Positions 22,518 through 35,275 are shown, numbered from the whole stretch's first letter. The stretch is DNA of 63,558 bases, filler included, from Octopus bimaculoides (GCF_001194135.2; 4 parts of 3 records of this genome joined end to end with filler, not necessarily neighbours in it), one strand, 5' to 3'. Numbers and translations: made by a program. Notes: generated by a model not told the origin, from the letters alone.

Positions 22518-23311
22518 GGTGCTCGAGATATCTACGTTTGCTTTGAACAGTAATGTGATGGGAGACAAAATAGGGAGTCGACGTCCCCGATCCAGCTAAT
22601 CTCTTTTCAAATTTGGTGAGGTTAGTTCGGCTGATATTAAGTCTTACCAGTTGTATGTTGTTGAGTGAAGAATACATTAGTTAATTATTTGAATCGAAGG
22701 AGCGTCGAACAAACAAATTAATTGTGATATATATTATCTGGCTGCTTACTTTTAGAATTCAATTCTTGATGGATTCACCACCGTCTTTCACCACTCCTAA
22801 GTTACTAACATAAAATGCCACTTCATTTGAGGTGGATTATTGGAATTGTTTTAAGGTCCTTAACCATTTTATTCCGTTACACCACTTAGTTATGTACCAA
22901 AATCACCGCTGAACCCCGTTTGTGTGCCACGCCCTTCCTATCACTGCCAAATTCAATGGCACTCCATTCATATCTCAACCGTAAATTGAGTCATAACAAA
23001 ATGTAGGAATGAAAGTTAAATTTTTTTTATGTTCGTAAATAAATGATATTTATTACAACGATTTAAATTATATTACATTACTACAGCTGAAATCTTGATA
23101 AAGAATTTAAAGCGTATTATTGACACATTTTCTGGGAAGTTTGTCCCTGATGCTTTTGACAAATTCCGGCAATTCAGGGCCAAATACGCGACACTCAGAT
23201 TCCCAAATATTCCTTGGTGCTTTATTTTTGCCACAAGTGTATGTATTTTTTTTTGTATCTATTTGTGCTTATATTTGCTTTTATATTTGTTATTTTAAAT
23301 TTATGTGTGTG

Positions 23312-23350
<39 letters not shown>

Positions 23351-23405
23351 GTATATATATGTAAGTATATATGCATGTATGTATATATATATATACACAT
23401 ATATG

Positions 23406-23446
<41 letters not shown>

Positions 23447-23777
23447 ACATATATATATGTATATGCATGTTTATATGTATATTATGTATATATATATCTA
23501 TATGTATATCTATATCTATATATGCATATATATGTATGTATATATATATATATATGTATNNNNNNNNNNNNNNNNNNNNNNNNNNNNNNNNNNNNNNNNN
23601 NNNNNNNNNNNNNNNNNNNNNNNNNNNNNNNNNNNNNNNNNNNNNNNNNNNNNNNNNNNNNNNNNNNNNNNNNNNNNNNNNNNNNNNNNNNNNNNNNNNN
23701 NNNNNNNNNNNNNNNNNNNNNNNNNNNNNNNNNNNNNNNNNNNNNNNNNNNNNNNNNNNNNNNNNNNNNNNNNNNNN

Positions 23778-23812
<35 letters not shown>

Positions 23813-24289
23813 GCTGAGAATCCGTGTTCACAAAACCACAAATGTTTTCTTTTTCTCTTTTCTGATGATAATCTAGGCACTGTCGAGGGAGCAAAACCTT
23901 CGAGAGTAATTCTGCAGGGTGGGGTGAGATTGCTTTTGTCCTCAATCACCGGGAGGGTTTTTACTACACATCAAATATTTATGGTGTTTCTTCTCGCATT
24001 CCCAGTTCCTATCCTGGATCTTCAGTTCCCTCCTTAAATTCTTCTCGTCCGTTTTTAAATTTTACGGTCTTCCCTAGAATCTCCGGATTTCTCCTTTAAT
24101 CTCCTTGCCTCTCCTCTGAAATCCAGATTCTTCCGTGGATCTCTGGATCCCACTTCTAATGTGTAGATTCTTCCTCAATCTCCGAGTTCCTGTTTAGGTT
24201 TCCAAATCCAGACACACCATCTTCTTCTCTCATGTGATATTCTTGGTCATCGTCGATAACGACGGATGAACTAATATATCTAATTAATA

Positions 24290-24545
24290 GTGGTTTCAAA
24301 TTTTGGCATAAGTCAAGCAAATCCGGGTAAGAGATAAATCGATTACATCGATATCAGTGTTTAACTGGAATTCATTTTATCGACCACACTGATGCATAAA
24401 AATTCTTTAATTCATGGGTTAAGGCTACCATGAATTTCATGTTAATAGAAATTCCTCAATAAGTCGTCCACAGCGGGATTTGAACTCAGAACGTAAAGAC
24501 GTGCGAAATGCCCTGCGTGCTAACGATTCTGCCATCTCACCGCCT
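24290..24545 (-). mobile_element. SINE family B, interrupted or decayed
   Basis: Tail at 24290-24385 and head at 24470-24545. Confidence 0.6.
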
Positions 24546-25129
24546 TATATTATCTAAATAACGCTGAAACATTTTAAAAACATGAATTTCTGGGCCGGTT
24601 TGTCAATTTGCTAGGTTAACGAGGTTTCACCTGGAGAATAACTTGGTGTTATAAATTTAAGCTAAAGAATACGTAGAAGTGTCGGGGCTGGATGAAAGAC
24701 TTTGGTAGAATTATTCCTGCTGATAATGGCAACCAGAGTAAAAGGAAGTGGTCGTGCTAATTAGATAATGAATGAGCAAAACAAACCTTTCCTTCACCAC
24801 CTACGACTGTTGTTATGTATGACCTAGTGAGAGGCGGAAAAGCAACACCCATGAATCTTCTCAGGGCTTCCGAGTCACGTGATAGTGGAGAAAGAGAGGA
24901 AGGAACCGTGAAGTGTGTATGAATGGTTGTTACTATCATTAGATCGGAGACGGTAGTAGGAGGGATGATTGCAACAGGGGTTGGGAGAAGTAATGGTGGC
25001 GGCGGTGGTAGGTTTTAAAACGGGAGTGGGGGGATGGATTAAGCTTCAATCACTATTGATTCTACGTGTCGTATGAAAATAAATAGGTAATATTCAGATC
25101 AAGTAAAAGTTAATCCGTATCTGTAGAAC

Positions 25130-25300
25130 AAATATTTCGGCTGTGTAGTAAGAAGCTTACTTCTCAACCATATGGATCCTGGTTCAGTCCCGCAACACGC
25201 CCCCTGGACAAGAGTTTTCCGCTATAGCTTCGGATCACAAAAGCCTTATGAGGGGATCTGGTAAACTAAAAGAAGCCTTTCGTATATATTAACACACACA

Positions 25301-25344
<44 letters not shown>

Positions 25345-25798
25345 TACGTTAATATCACATCATTAATATCAAACGATGTGAATGAGTGCTCAGCATCGCA
25401 CTGGTGGGTTAAAATTCTTTATTTATGGATTGAGGCCACCATTGGGGTTATATTAAGAGAAATCCTTTAACAATTATCAAAGCCTGATGTTTGTCTCCAT
25501 CTTGAATTAAAACACACACANNNNNNNNNNNNNNNNNNNNNNNNNNNNNNNNNNNNNNNNNNNNNNNNNNNNNNNNNNNNNNNNNNNNNNNNNNNNNNNN
25601 NNNNNNNNNNNNNNNNNNNNNNNNNNNNNNNNNNNNNNNNNNNNNNNNNNNNNNNNNNNNNNNNNNNNNNNNNNNNNNNNNNNNNNNNNNNNNNNNNNNN
25701 NNNNNNNNNNNNNNNNNNNNNNNNNNNNNNNNNNNNNNNNNNNNNNNNNNNNNNNNNNNNNNNNNNNNNNNNNNNNNNNNNNNNNNNNNNNNNNNNNN

Positions 25799-25838
<40 letters not shown>

Positions 25839-26110
25839 TATGTGTGTGTGTATGTGTGTGTATGTGTGTGTGTATGTGCGTGTGTGCGTGTGTGTATCGG
25901 TATTTGTCGGCTACCAGTACTTGACAGCCGATGATGGTATGTTTACGCGCCTGTAACTTAGCAGTTTTTCAAAAGACAACGTTGGAATGAGTACCAGGCT
26001 TAAAACAAAAATAAGTCGATTCGGCCGACTAAAATTCTTGAAGGTGATGCCCCAGCATGGCCGCAATCTAATGACAGAAATTGGTTCGTATGACAAAAAA
26101 AAAAGAGAAA
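25130..26110 (+). mobile_element. SINE family C whose internal microsatellite region is expanded (gap inside)
   Basis: 5' half 25130-25285, 3' half 25910-26110, (CA)/(GT) tracts and a gap between. Confidence 0.6.
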
Positions 26111-26599
26111 TAAACAAATGAAAAAAGAAAAAAACCCAACCGAATATGATACAGTTGCATCGACGGCGACGATGACTGAAACAACGTTATACCGTTTCAA
26201 TGTCTGAAGTTTCAGCCATTATGCTTATTGCATTGCGTCATTAAAGACTTTTAAGATGGACGCTCTCTGTCTTCTTCTTTATTTTAGCAAGATACCATAT
26301 AAAAAAAAAATCACCCTTATCTTATTGCATTCCTTTGAAACAAGTCTTTGCTGGCACATGTAATAAGATCCGCGCCTCCCAAATCAACTCCTTTCGTCTT
26401 CCTGTCAATACAAGATATTTCCATTATTTTTCTCCTCTCTATTTTATCATAAAACTCTTTATAGGTCTCCATAACCTTCCGTCTTTATGTAAAACATGTT
26501 ACGTCAGCCGTTAAATCAAGAATATTCTCCACGTTTCTCTGCCGCTTCTTTGTCACTGCTATAGTTACTATAGTTACTCCTGCTGAGACAGGAGAATCT

Positions 26600-27030
26600 T
26601 TAGAGCCTCGGACAAAGTCCTTCGCAACATTTCTTCTGGCTCTTAACATTTTCAGTTCAAATTCTACCGGGATCGACATTGCTTTTCATTTCTTTTGAGG
26701 ATTAATAAAATTAAGTACAAGCTGAAAATGAGGTCGAGGAAATCAACTTACTGCGCACCAAGTTGCTGGCCTTGTACCAAAATTTGAAACCGTTACTATT
26801 ACTATATGATCCAAAAGGCGGTAAGCTGGGAGAATCGTTAGCTCGCAAGACAAAATTCTTAGCGGCATTTCGTCCTTCTATACGCTCTGGATTCAACCTT
26901 AGCCTAGATCAGCTTTGACCTTCAGCCTTTCGGGGTCGATAAATAAGTACGCATTAAGTACTGGGGTCAATATAATCGACCAGTCCCTTCTCCCACCAAT
27001 ATTCCTGGCCCTGTGCCGACAGTAGAAAGA
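26600..27030 (+). mobile_element. Two tandem SINE family B copies
   Basis: Family B core at about 26650-26720 and 26890-26960. Confidence 0.75.
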
Positions 27031-27244
27031 ATTATTTAATCCAAACGGCAGAATCGTTAGTGCATCGGGAAAATGCCTTGTGTTAGTATTTCTTCTGGCT
27101 TTTCCCGTTCTTAACAGACACTTTATTTTATCGAACCCAGAAAAATAAAAACGATGGTTCACTACGGAGTGTTATGAACTCGGAATGTAAGAATTCAGAG
27201 TAATCTTTTACTCCAACGCTTTGACAATTTCACCAATGCTTTGA

Positions 27245-27760
27245 AAAGGCAGCGAGCTGGCATTGCGAGCTAGCAGAAAGGTTAGCACGTCGGGCGAAAT
27301 GCTTAGCGGTATTTCGTCCGTCTTTACGCTCCGAGTTCAAATTCCGCCGAGATCAACTTAGCCTTTATCCTTTCGGGGTCGATTAAATAAGTACTAGTTA
27401 CGCACTGCGGTCGATGCAATCGACTTAATCCCTTTCTCTATCCTTGTTTGTCCCCTCTATGTTTAGCCCCTTGTGGGCAATAAAGAAATAAGAAACGTTA
27501 GCTCTCCGGACGAAATGCTTAGCGGTATTTTGTCTGCTGTTACGTTCCGAGTTCAAATTCCACGGAGGTCGACTTTGCCTTTTATCCTTTCGGGGTCGAT
27601 AAATTAAGTACCAGTTGCGTACTGGGGTCGAGGTAATCGACTGGCCCCCTCCCTCAAAATTTCGGACCTTATGCCTAGAGTAGAAAAGAATATTGGCACG
27701 GCGGATGAAATGCTTAGCGGTATTTGGTCTGTCTTACGTTCTAAGTTCAAATTCCGCAAT
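27245..27760 (+). mobile_element. Three tandem SINE family B copies (B2, B, truncated B)
   Basis: GAAATGCTTAGCGGTATTT recurs at about 27297, 27512 and 27708. Confidence 0.85.
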
Positions 27761-28544
27761 TCAGAGTGGGGAACAGCCGGTACTTTTGGCCCCAGATTTT
27801 AACTCGTGCTTTATTATATTGATTCCAGAGACGTGGCAGTCAGAGTTGATCTCATATCGACAATCAAGAGAAGGCAATGATGATGAAGATGTAGGAGAAA
27901 AATTACGGGAAATAAATTTAAATATTCTTTTCTNNNNNNNNNNNNNNNNNNNNNNNNNNNNNNNNNNNNNNNNNNNNNNNNNNNNNNNNNNNNNNNNNNN
28001 NNNNNNNNNNNNNNNNNNNNNNNNNNNNNNNNNNNNNNNNNNNNNNNNNNNNNNNNNNNNNNNNNNNNNNNNNNNNNNNNNNNNNNNNNNNNNNNNNNNN
28101 NNNNNNNNNNNNNNNNNNNNNNNNNNNNNNNNNNNNNNNNNNNNNNNNNNNNNNNNNNNNNNNNNNNNNNNNNNNNNNNNNNNNNNNNNNNNNNNNNNNN
28201 NNNNNNNNNNNNNNNNNNNNNNNNNNNNNNNNNNNNNNNNNNNNNNNNNNNNNNNNNNNNNNNNNNNNNNNNNNNNNNNNNNNNNNNNNNNNNNNNNNNN
28301 NNNNNNNNNNNNNNNNNNNNNNNNNNNNNNNNNNNNNNNNNNNNNNNNNNNNNNNNNNNNNNNNNNNNNNNNNNNNNNNNNNNNNNNNNNNNNNNNNNNN
28401 NNNNNNNNNNNNNNNNNNNNNNNNNNNNNNNNNNNNNNNNNNNNNCTGCACCACCACCGCCACCACCAACACCATCAGCATCGACACTACCGCTACTTCC
28501 CCGCTGCAACTTCACCACCACCACCACCACCACCACCACCATAA

Positions 28545-28976
28545 AAAACCACTACAAGCATCGCTGCAATCACAGCCGACACAATCTCCACCACGACGGC
28601 CATCACCACCATTATCACCAGGCGACGACAAGCACTATCATCATCACTCCACCCACCAGCGACAGTAACCCCACAGCCTCCAACGCCTCCAGCACCGGTG
28701 CCACCGACGTCACCGGCGCCACCTCCTCCGGCACTACCACCACCGGCACTACCGCCACCGGCACCACCACCTGCGGTATTGCCACCACCGGTGCTACCTC
28801 CTCCAGCACTACCGCTACCAGCTCCACCACCTCAGGCACTACCACTACCGGCGTCACCACCTCCGGCATTGCCACCACCGGCTCCACCGTCGCCACCACC
28901 ACCGCCTGTATCACCACTGCCACCGCCCCCACCATCGTCTACACGAAACAAATTCAGTTGTCTTTCCTCTGCAAGA
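28545..28976 (+). CDS. Candidate proline-rich coding segment (15-bp PALPP repeats)
   Basis: Frame open 28545-28988; variation concentrated at third codon positions; GTGAGT donor at 28977. Confidence 0.3.
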
Positions 28977-29129
28977 GTGAGTGGTGTGTAATTAAAGCTT
29001 TCTACGTCGTCCAAGTGGCAGACATTAAGTGGGCTTTTTAGAAACATGGAAGCGACTCCTGAAATACTCCAAGAGCGTCATCCGCTTCACTGAAGAACAC
29101 ATGCGAAAAGATAAGTGCGAAGGAGTTGG

Positions 29130-29367
29130 CTAATAACAACAACAACAACAGCAACGAAAAGAACAGCAATTGCAACAGCAGCAACGACGACGACGACGAT
29201 GGCGATGGCAACAGCAGCAGCAACTACAAAAACAGCAGCAGCACTAGCAGTGAAAGCACCAGAAGCTGCAGCAACAGCAGCAGCAAGAAGTACGACGGAA
29301 ACAACTTCAAGAAAGAGAGGTACGCGGTAGTAGAAGGTGAGTATACAAAATGTGATGCAGCAGCGGC

Positions 29368-29419
<52 letters not shown>

Positions 29420-29660
29420 AAAGAAGAAGAAGAAGAAGAAGAAGAAGAAGAAGAAGAAGCAAAAAACCGATAAAGGTAAAGGAAATATGGAATAAAGAAT
29501 AATAATGAAGGAAAAGAAAAAGAAAATGAAGAAAGGTTAAAGGAGAAGGAAGTGAGAGGAAAAAAAGAAATAGAAAACAGAGAAAAAAAAAAGAGAACAA
29601 GAAGAAGAGAAAAACTCTATGAAAGAAAAGAAAACAACGTAAAGGAAACAAGAAAACGAA
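29130..29660. repeat. Compound triplet repeats (AAC, AGC, GAC, GTA, GAA) and purine-rich tract
   Basis: Direct reading. Confidence 0.9.
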
Positions 29661-30330
29661 GCTGAAGAGTGAATGTAGGAAGAATTCTTTTGTTGGCTCC
29701 ACTTATTTGCATCGTTTTGTTTGGAGGATTTCAGTTCCAAGTTGCGTAACATTGTCTCTGTTATAGGTTTGTGAAGGCGCATATCCTAGAGGTACACGAT
29801 CTCAAAATTGAGGTTTTGATTCCTGTGCCGGGGGTGAATTGTATTCTTGTGTAAAGCACTTCATTTCACGTTGCTCCAGGCCAGGTCAGGCCTCTAATGT
29901 GTAAATAAGTAACCCAACGACGAACAGGCATCCCGTGCTGTGGGTGCGTTGTGATTTCTCATTTATAAGCACTGAAATCATGTGACCGATTCTATGAGGA
30001 CAGTCAAGTCCAGAGGTCTTTATTAGTTATTACTATATTATATATGAGAAACTGTGTCCAAGTGGTTTCGTCTGTCCAACTGAATTGAACAAATTGCCCA
30101 TCAAGACCTTCTACCGAGGGGATTGAATTAAATCGAAACTCCGGCTGGCTTCGATTTCATTCGTACTCCTCAGCATTCAATATTTTTTATTTGCCCTTTT
30201 GATTAGTTCTCTTTAAAGATGCACTCCGATTCTCTCCATAATTGTTATTTCCATATAGACTTTTTCCTTACTATTATTGGAGTAATAACTATTAAGCCAC
30301 ACGCCTTCATATAACATATATAATACTGTT

Positions 30331-30470
30331 GCATGGCTCACTGGTTAGAGCATCGGGTTCACAATCATGACATAGTGAGTTCGATTCCCGCACCGGGCTG
30401 TGTGTTGTGTTGTCGAGCAAGACACTTTATTTCACGTTGCTCTAGTTCACTCAACTGTAGAAATGAAACT
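30331..30470 (+). mobile_element. SINE family G
   Basis: TGGCTCACTGG A box, GAGTTCGATTCCC B box, GAGCAAGACACTTTATTTCACGTTGCTC. Confidence 0.75.
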
Positions 30471-30494
30471 ATCTTTTCTTCTCTTCAAACTTTT

Positions 30495-30600
30495 CCTCTT
30501 TCTGACGAAGACCCATTTTGGGGACGTTACACGCCCACCAACTTTTTTTCCATTTTAAACTGAGTGTCAACCTAATACATATTTACTGTGTAGACCCTAT
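30495..30600 (+). mobile_element. Degenerate Penelope-like terminal segment
   Basis: CTGACGA-AGACCC-ATTTT-GGG at 30502-30523 followed by TGAGTGTCAACCTAATACA, similar to CGAGCGTTAAACTAATACA of the 19730-19900 segment; GAAA lost. Confidence 0.35.
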
Positions 30601-30629
30601 TTGCTTTGTTTTTATTCTTGATTTGCCTA

Positions 30630-30745
30630 TACACGAGGCGGGGTTGAAAAGTACCTGACTTTGGGTAAAATAAAATACAGAAAGATCAGTTAATTATGAT
30701 TTTATCCAACATATTCCCCTCTCAGATTCACACTTATTTCGGAAT
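30630..30745 (+). mobile_element. Tc1/mariner-type terminal fragment
   Basis: TA-CACGAGGCGGGGTTGAAAAGTACCTGACTT resembles mariner TIR starts (from memory); no partner TIR found. Confidence 0.4.
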
Positions 30746-30808
30746 GTTGGGTGACCAACCAAGACTTTTGCGATATTCTTAAAGGCACAAATGTTTCAGC
30801 ATCCACTC

Positions 30809-30906
<98 letters not shown>

Positions 30907-31558
30907 TGGCTACATATTGATTTCGAGCAATGACATCGCTTGGTTGTTGTCTTAAAAATAAACAGCACTAATGTAGCATTTAACTCCTTCCAAAAGTCAA
31001 CAGTCTTTTGCATAGATGTGGCAACGATGGTAGACTCTTGCAGCAGGTGTCTAGAAAACTTACCGTCCACGTTGATAAATGCCTTCCTTACATCATGGAG
31101 TTTTGGATTCAGCATTTTGCATTTCTTGGTTGCATTCAACCATAATATCTGACGCATATTAAATATGTTAATCAAGCAATGCTTATGCCTGAAGTTTTTG
31201 CAAGTGTAGAAAGGTTTTTGCATAGCGTCCATCCTACTCTCCTAACAAAATACATTTGTTCCCAAAGAAGAAAATGTCTGCATTATCGGATGCAAACGAC
31301 GTCGCGATTGTTACACAAGAGTTTTTCCTCTAGAGAGGTTCTGAACAAAAACTAAGGGTTTCGCGCTCCTAATCGCTAGATGGCTGTTGATCCAACGTAG
31401 TTCATATGCCCTTTGATAGGCTGTGTCTTTGTTCCTGCAGGGAGTTCAACAAAAGCTACCGTAATAATCAAACAGATTTGGTAGGTTTGCCTGTTTAGGG
31501 TTGCCGTGACAGATTGTACTGGATAACATGTTACTAGCGGCATCAAGTATGACCTGAC

Positions 31559-31633
<75 letters not shown>

Positions 31634-33258
31634 CATACACACACACACACACGCATACCCCACCCCAAATGAATGATAAATTATTCATTACATGCTTGAG
31701 GTAAGTTTAAGTTTTTGTTGCTGTTAATGTTCTTGTTAATGTCGTAATTTTCCGGACTATTAACCTATTTATAGAATGTTCCACTACAATTTACGACGAA
31801 TTGGCAGTATCATTAGAACACTAAAAATAAGTCTTTTCGGTAGTCATTCAGACTCTGAGTTCAAATCCCACAATCGTCGATTTTTTTTTCTTCATTTTTT
31901 AACGGATCCAATAAGTAAAAGTTAGGTAAATGGAAACCGTGTGGAAGACCAGCGGATTCATTGTATCCTTAGTTCAGAGTTGGCCTTGTCTCACACAGAG
32001 CGACGCTGGTTCTTTCTGGAAATTACGTCATGTGTATAATATTTGTTTATGGAATACTCAGCCATTGAGAAAGGTGATTCAATACTAAGGATTAAGCAAA
32101 AAACTGAAAGGGGTGTCGTCGAAAACGATGGCGATCCATTCCCATTGATTTGATTATCTGTTGGATATAATATCGATACTGTGATCAATTCTCATTGATG
32201 GCCTTACACCTTGTCAAAAGACCATTGAACTCTCATTGATTCCAGTTATTTCATTGATGATGAGGCTACTCACTCGGATTGATTGTTTTTATTCTTTTGT
32301 TCTAGGAGTTGAAATGGGGCCAAGTTTGAGTATCAACGTGAAGATTTTAGGTCGAACAAATCGACCCTAGTACGTATTTTGAGCTTGATGATTATGCTAT
32401 CATTTTTCTTTCTTCTGTTTTTTTTTGTATCAAACTGAAAAGCAAAGGGATGTAAACAAAGCAATGTCAGTTGTCAATCGGTGTAGGGAGACAAACAAAA
32501 AGATACACAGACTAACTTATATATACATAAATTTATATATATATATATNNNNNNNNNNNNNNNNNNNNNNNNNNNNNNNNNNNNNNNNNNNNNNNNNNNN
32601 NNNNNNNNNNNNNNNNNNNNNNNNNNNNNNNNNNNNNNNNNNNNNNNNNNNNNNNNNNNNNNNNNNNNNNNNNNNNNNNNNNNNNNNNNNNNNNNNNNNN
32701 NNNNNNNNNNNNNNNNNNNNNNNNNNNNNNNNNNNNNNNNNNNNNNNNNNNNNNNNNNNNNNNNNNNNNNNNNNNNNNNNNNNNNNNNNNNNNNNNNNNN
32801 NNNNNNNNNNNNNNNNNNNNNNNNNNNNNNNNNNNNNNNNNNNNNNNNNNNNNNNNNNNNNNNNNNNNNNNNNNNNNNNNNNNNNNNNNNNNNNNNNNNN
32901 NNNNNNNNNNNNNNNNNNNNNNNNNNNNNNNNNNNNNNNNNNNNNNNNNNNNNNNNNNNNNNNNNNNNNNNNNNNNNNNNNNNNNNNNNNNNNNNNNNNN
33001 NNNNNNNNNNNNNNNNNNNNNNNNNNNNNNNNNNNNNNNNNNNNNNNNNNNNNNNNNNNNNNNNNNNNNNNNNNNNNNNNNNNNNNNNNNNNNNNNNNNN
33101 NNNNNNNNNNNNNNNNNNNNNNNNNNNNNNNNNNNNNNNNNNNNNNNNNNNNNNNNNNNNNNNNNNNNNNNNTATATATATATATATGTGTGTAAATATA
33201 TACAAATAAAAAGATAAAGAGAGCAATGGTAAGGTTGGAGAAGTATTTTATGGATAGA

Positions 33259-33307
33259 GACTTACAGCTGTTTCTGGGAAGATCCAGTACTTCCCTTCAT
33301 CGGAGAC
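33259..33307 (-). ncRNA. Minimal type I hammerhead ribozyme-like motif (Penelope type, degenerate)
   Basis: Minus strand GUCU-CCGAUGA-A-GGGAAG(UACUGGAU)CUUCCC-A-GAAAC-AGCU-GUA-AGUC; 6-bp stem II, palindromic stem III loop, GUA triplet; U4C core change. Confidence 0.6.
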
Positions 33308-33634
33308 AGGAAAAATAAAGTAATCTATTATTATATATTTGTCGGATGAGATCCCTAGTCTTAGCTAGAAGGAGAATAGTGAAAGATTTTTGAGAAGGAA
33401 TGGGAGTGTCCTTAAGGGAGAAACCAAGAATCTATTTATCCATTATTTAGGAGTAACCCATTATAAGTGCTAGTGAAAGCAGAAGGTAAGGTTGAGGAGG
33501 GTACTGGATTTAACCAAACCCAAGAGGATACAGGTAATACCGAGGAAGTTCTGTATACCGACTAGTTTGCCCCAGTCATACACACGCTAATACGCGACTT
33601 ATAATCCCCAATCCTGTTCATACAACGACTAACA

Positions 33635-34195
33635 TGTTTGTCCCCCTAACATCGCTTGACAACCGATGCTGGTGTGTTTACGTCCCCGTAACTTAGCGGT
33701 TCGGCAAAAGAGGCCGATAGAATAAGTACTAGGCTTCCAAAGAATAAGTCCTGGGGNNNNNNNNNNNNNNNNNNNNNNNNNNNNNNNNNNNNNNNNNNNN
33801 NNNNNNNNNNNNNNNNNNNNNNNNNNNNNNNNNNNNNNNNNNNNNNNNNNNNNNNNNNNNNNNNNNNNNNNNNNNNNNNNNNNNNNNNNNNNNNNNNNNN
33901 NNNNNNNNNNNNNNNNNNNNNNNNNNNNNNNNNNNNNNNNNNNNNNNNNNNNNNNNNNNNNNNNNNNNNNNNNNNNNNNNNNNNNNNNNNNNNNNNNNNN
34001 NNNNNNNNNNNNNNNNTATATATTTATATATTCTCAACAAACTTCCATACAATTTTCTGTCTATATAATTCACTCGCAAGACATTGATCGATCTGAGAGC
34101 TGTAGTAGAAAACAATTGCCCAAGGTGCCGCGCACACAGACTGAACCTGAGACTATAAGGTTACAAAGTAAACATCTTAACCATTCAGGCACGAC
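33635..34195. mobile_element. SINE family C halves either side of a gap (33635-33756 plus, 34016-34195 minus)
   Basis: Family C 3' and 5' segments in opposite orientation. Confidence 0.7.
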
Positions 34196-34519
34196 GCAGC
34201 ATTCATTGAAATCTTCACGACCTTGAACAATCTTCTGCTAACGAAGTCTAAAATGATGTGCCAGCACCTTCAACATTCAAGTGCTATTACCTACATTATC
34301 TTATTCTCTTTCGCTTCCTCCCTTGTTAATCTCCTCATTATCAGTTGAGCCTCCCACCCTAATCTCATTTCTGTATACAGATAAGAATTCTGTCTCTCTT
34401 CTATTAAAATTGTTCATAGAATATTTATTATTTCAAGATAGAATTTCGTGACACAACAGGTTATTCCTACAAAAGATAAATACTTCTGTATGCGTAATTT
34501 TTGTATGCATTTATTTGTT

Positions 34520-34887
34520 TTGGTCTTTGGATGTGCGGCCATGCTGGGGCACCGTTTAGAGATTTAGTTGATCAAATTAACAAAGTGCTTATTTTAAGTT
34601 GAGTGTTTATTCTATCGTTCTCTTTTTACTCAACTTAGTTACAGCAGCATTAACAAACACACACCGGGTGTTAAACGGTGAGAAATGAGCTAAAACACAA
34701 ATACACACAACACCCCCTTACGTACAGGCTTCTGTCCAGTTTCCATCTGGTTGATGCACTCACAAGATATTGACTGGTCTGGAGCTTTAGTAGACGGCAA
34801 TTGCCTTGGGCACTCGCTATGGAACAGAACCGTTACATGCGAGGATGGAACGCGAACTTCTTAACCACAAAGCCATGCTTGCGCCTT
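34520..34887 (-). mobile_element. SINE family C, old copy
   Basis: Colinear, more diverged. Confidence 0.7.
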
Positions 34888-35109
34888 TAGGAATTATTAC
34901 AAATTCTTGGTTTGAGAAAATATGCATATGATTTAAGTTGATTACAGTTAAAGCAACTTATTAATTTTTTTGACTTTACACGATGTTTTAATGCTATCCT
35001 TACGTGTACTAAATAATATTTCGCGTTCAGTTTCGTGTCAGTCCAGATCTAGGAAACCTCTGGATTTTCGCAAAAGCTCTTTTGTTAGGAGGGCTCTTTT
35101 GATAGGAGG

Positions 35110-35275
35110 GCACGTGAATAACATCGGTCCCAGCACTTGATTGATACTTTATTTTATCGACCTCAATAAAATGGAAGACAAAGTTGACCTCGGTAGAATT
35201 TGAACTTAGAACGTAAAGAGCCGCAAGAATTGGTGTTAAGCATTTTATTCGACGCGCTATCGATCCTGCCAGCTC
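35110..35275 (-). mobile_element. SINE family B
   Basis: Family B core in reverse. Confidence 0.7.

Noticed and set aside
24820-24890. E2F-like GGCGGAAAA and E-box CACGTG as a promoter
   Set aside because: Short motifs expected by chance; no associated exon or CpG-rich context.
29126-29473. Asn/Ser/Asp-rich ORF with a perfect AAG|GTGAGT donor at 29337
   Set aside because: Mostly triplet microsatellite; no convincing in-frame acceptor upstream (stop at 29060).
30331-30410. tRNA genes at SINE heads (also 370-443 and 4109-4175)
   Set aside because: A and B boxes are present but no complete cloverleaf; each continues into a SINE body.
30702-31232. 176-aa minus-strand ORF
   Set aside because: Second half is microsatellite; first half shows no motif I recognise and no clear splice sites.
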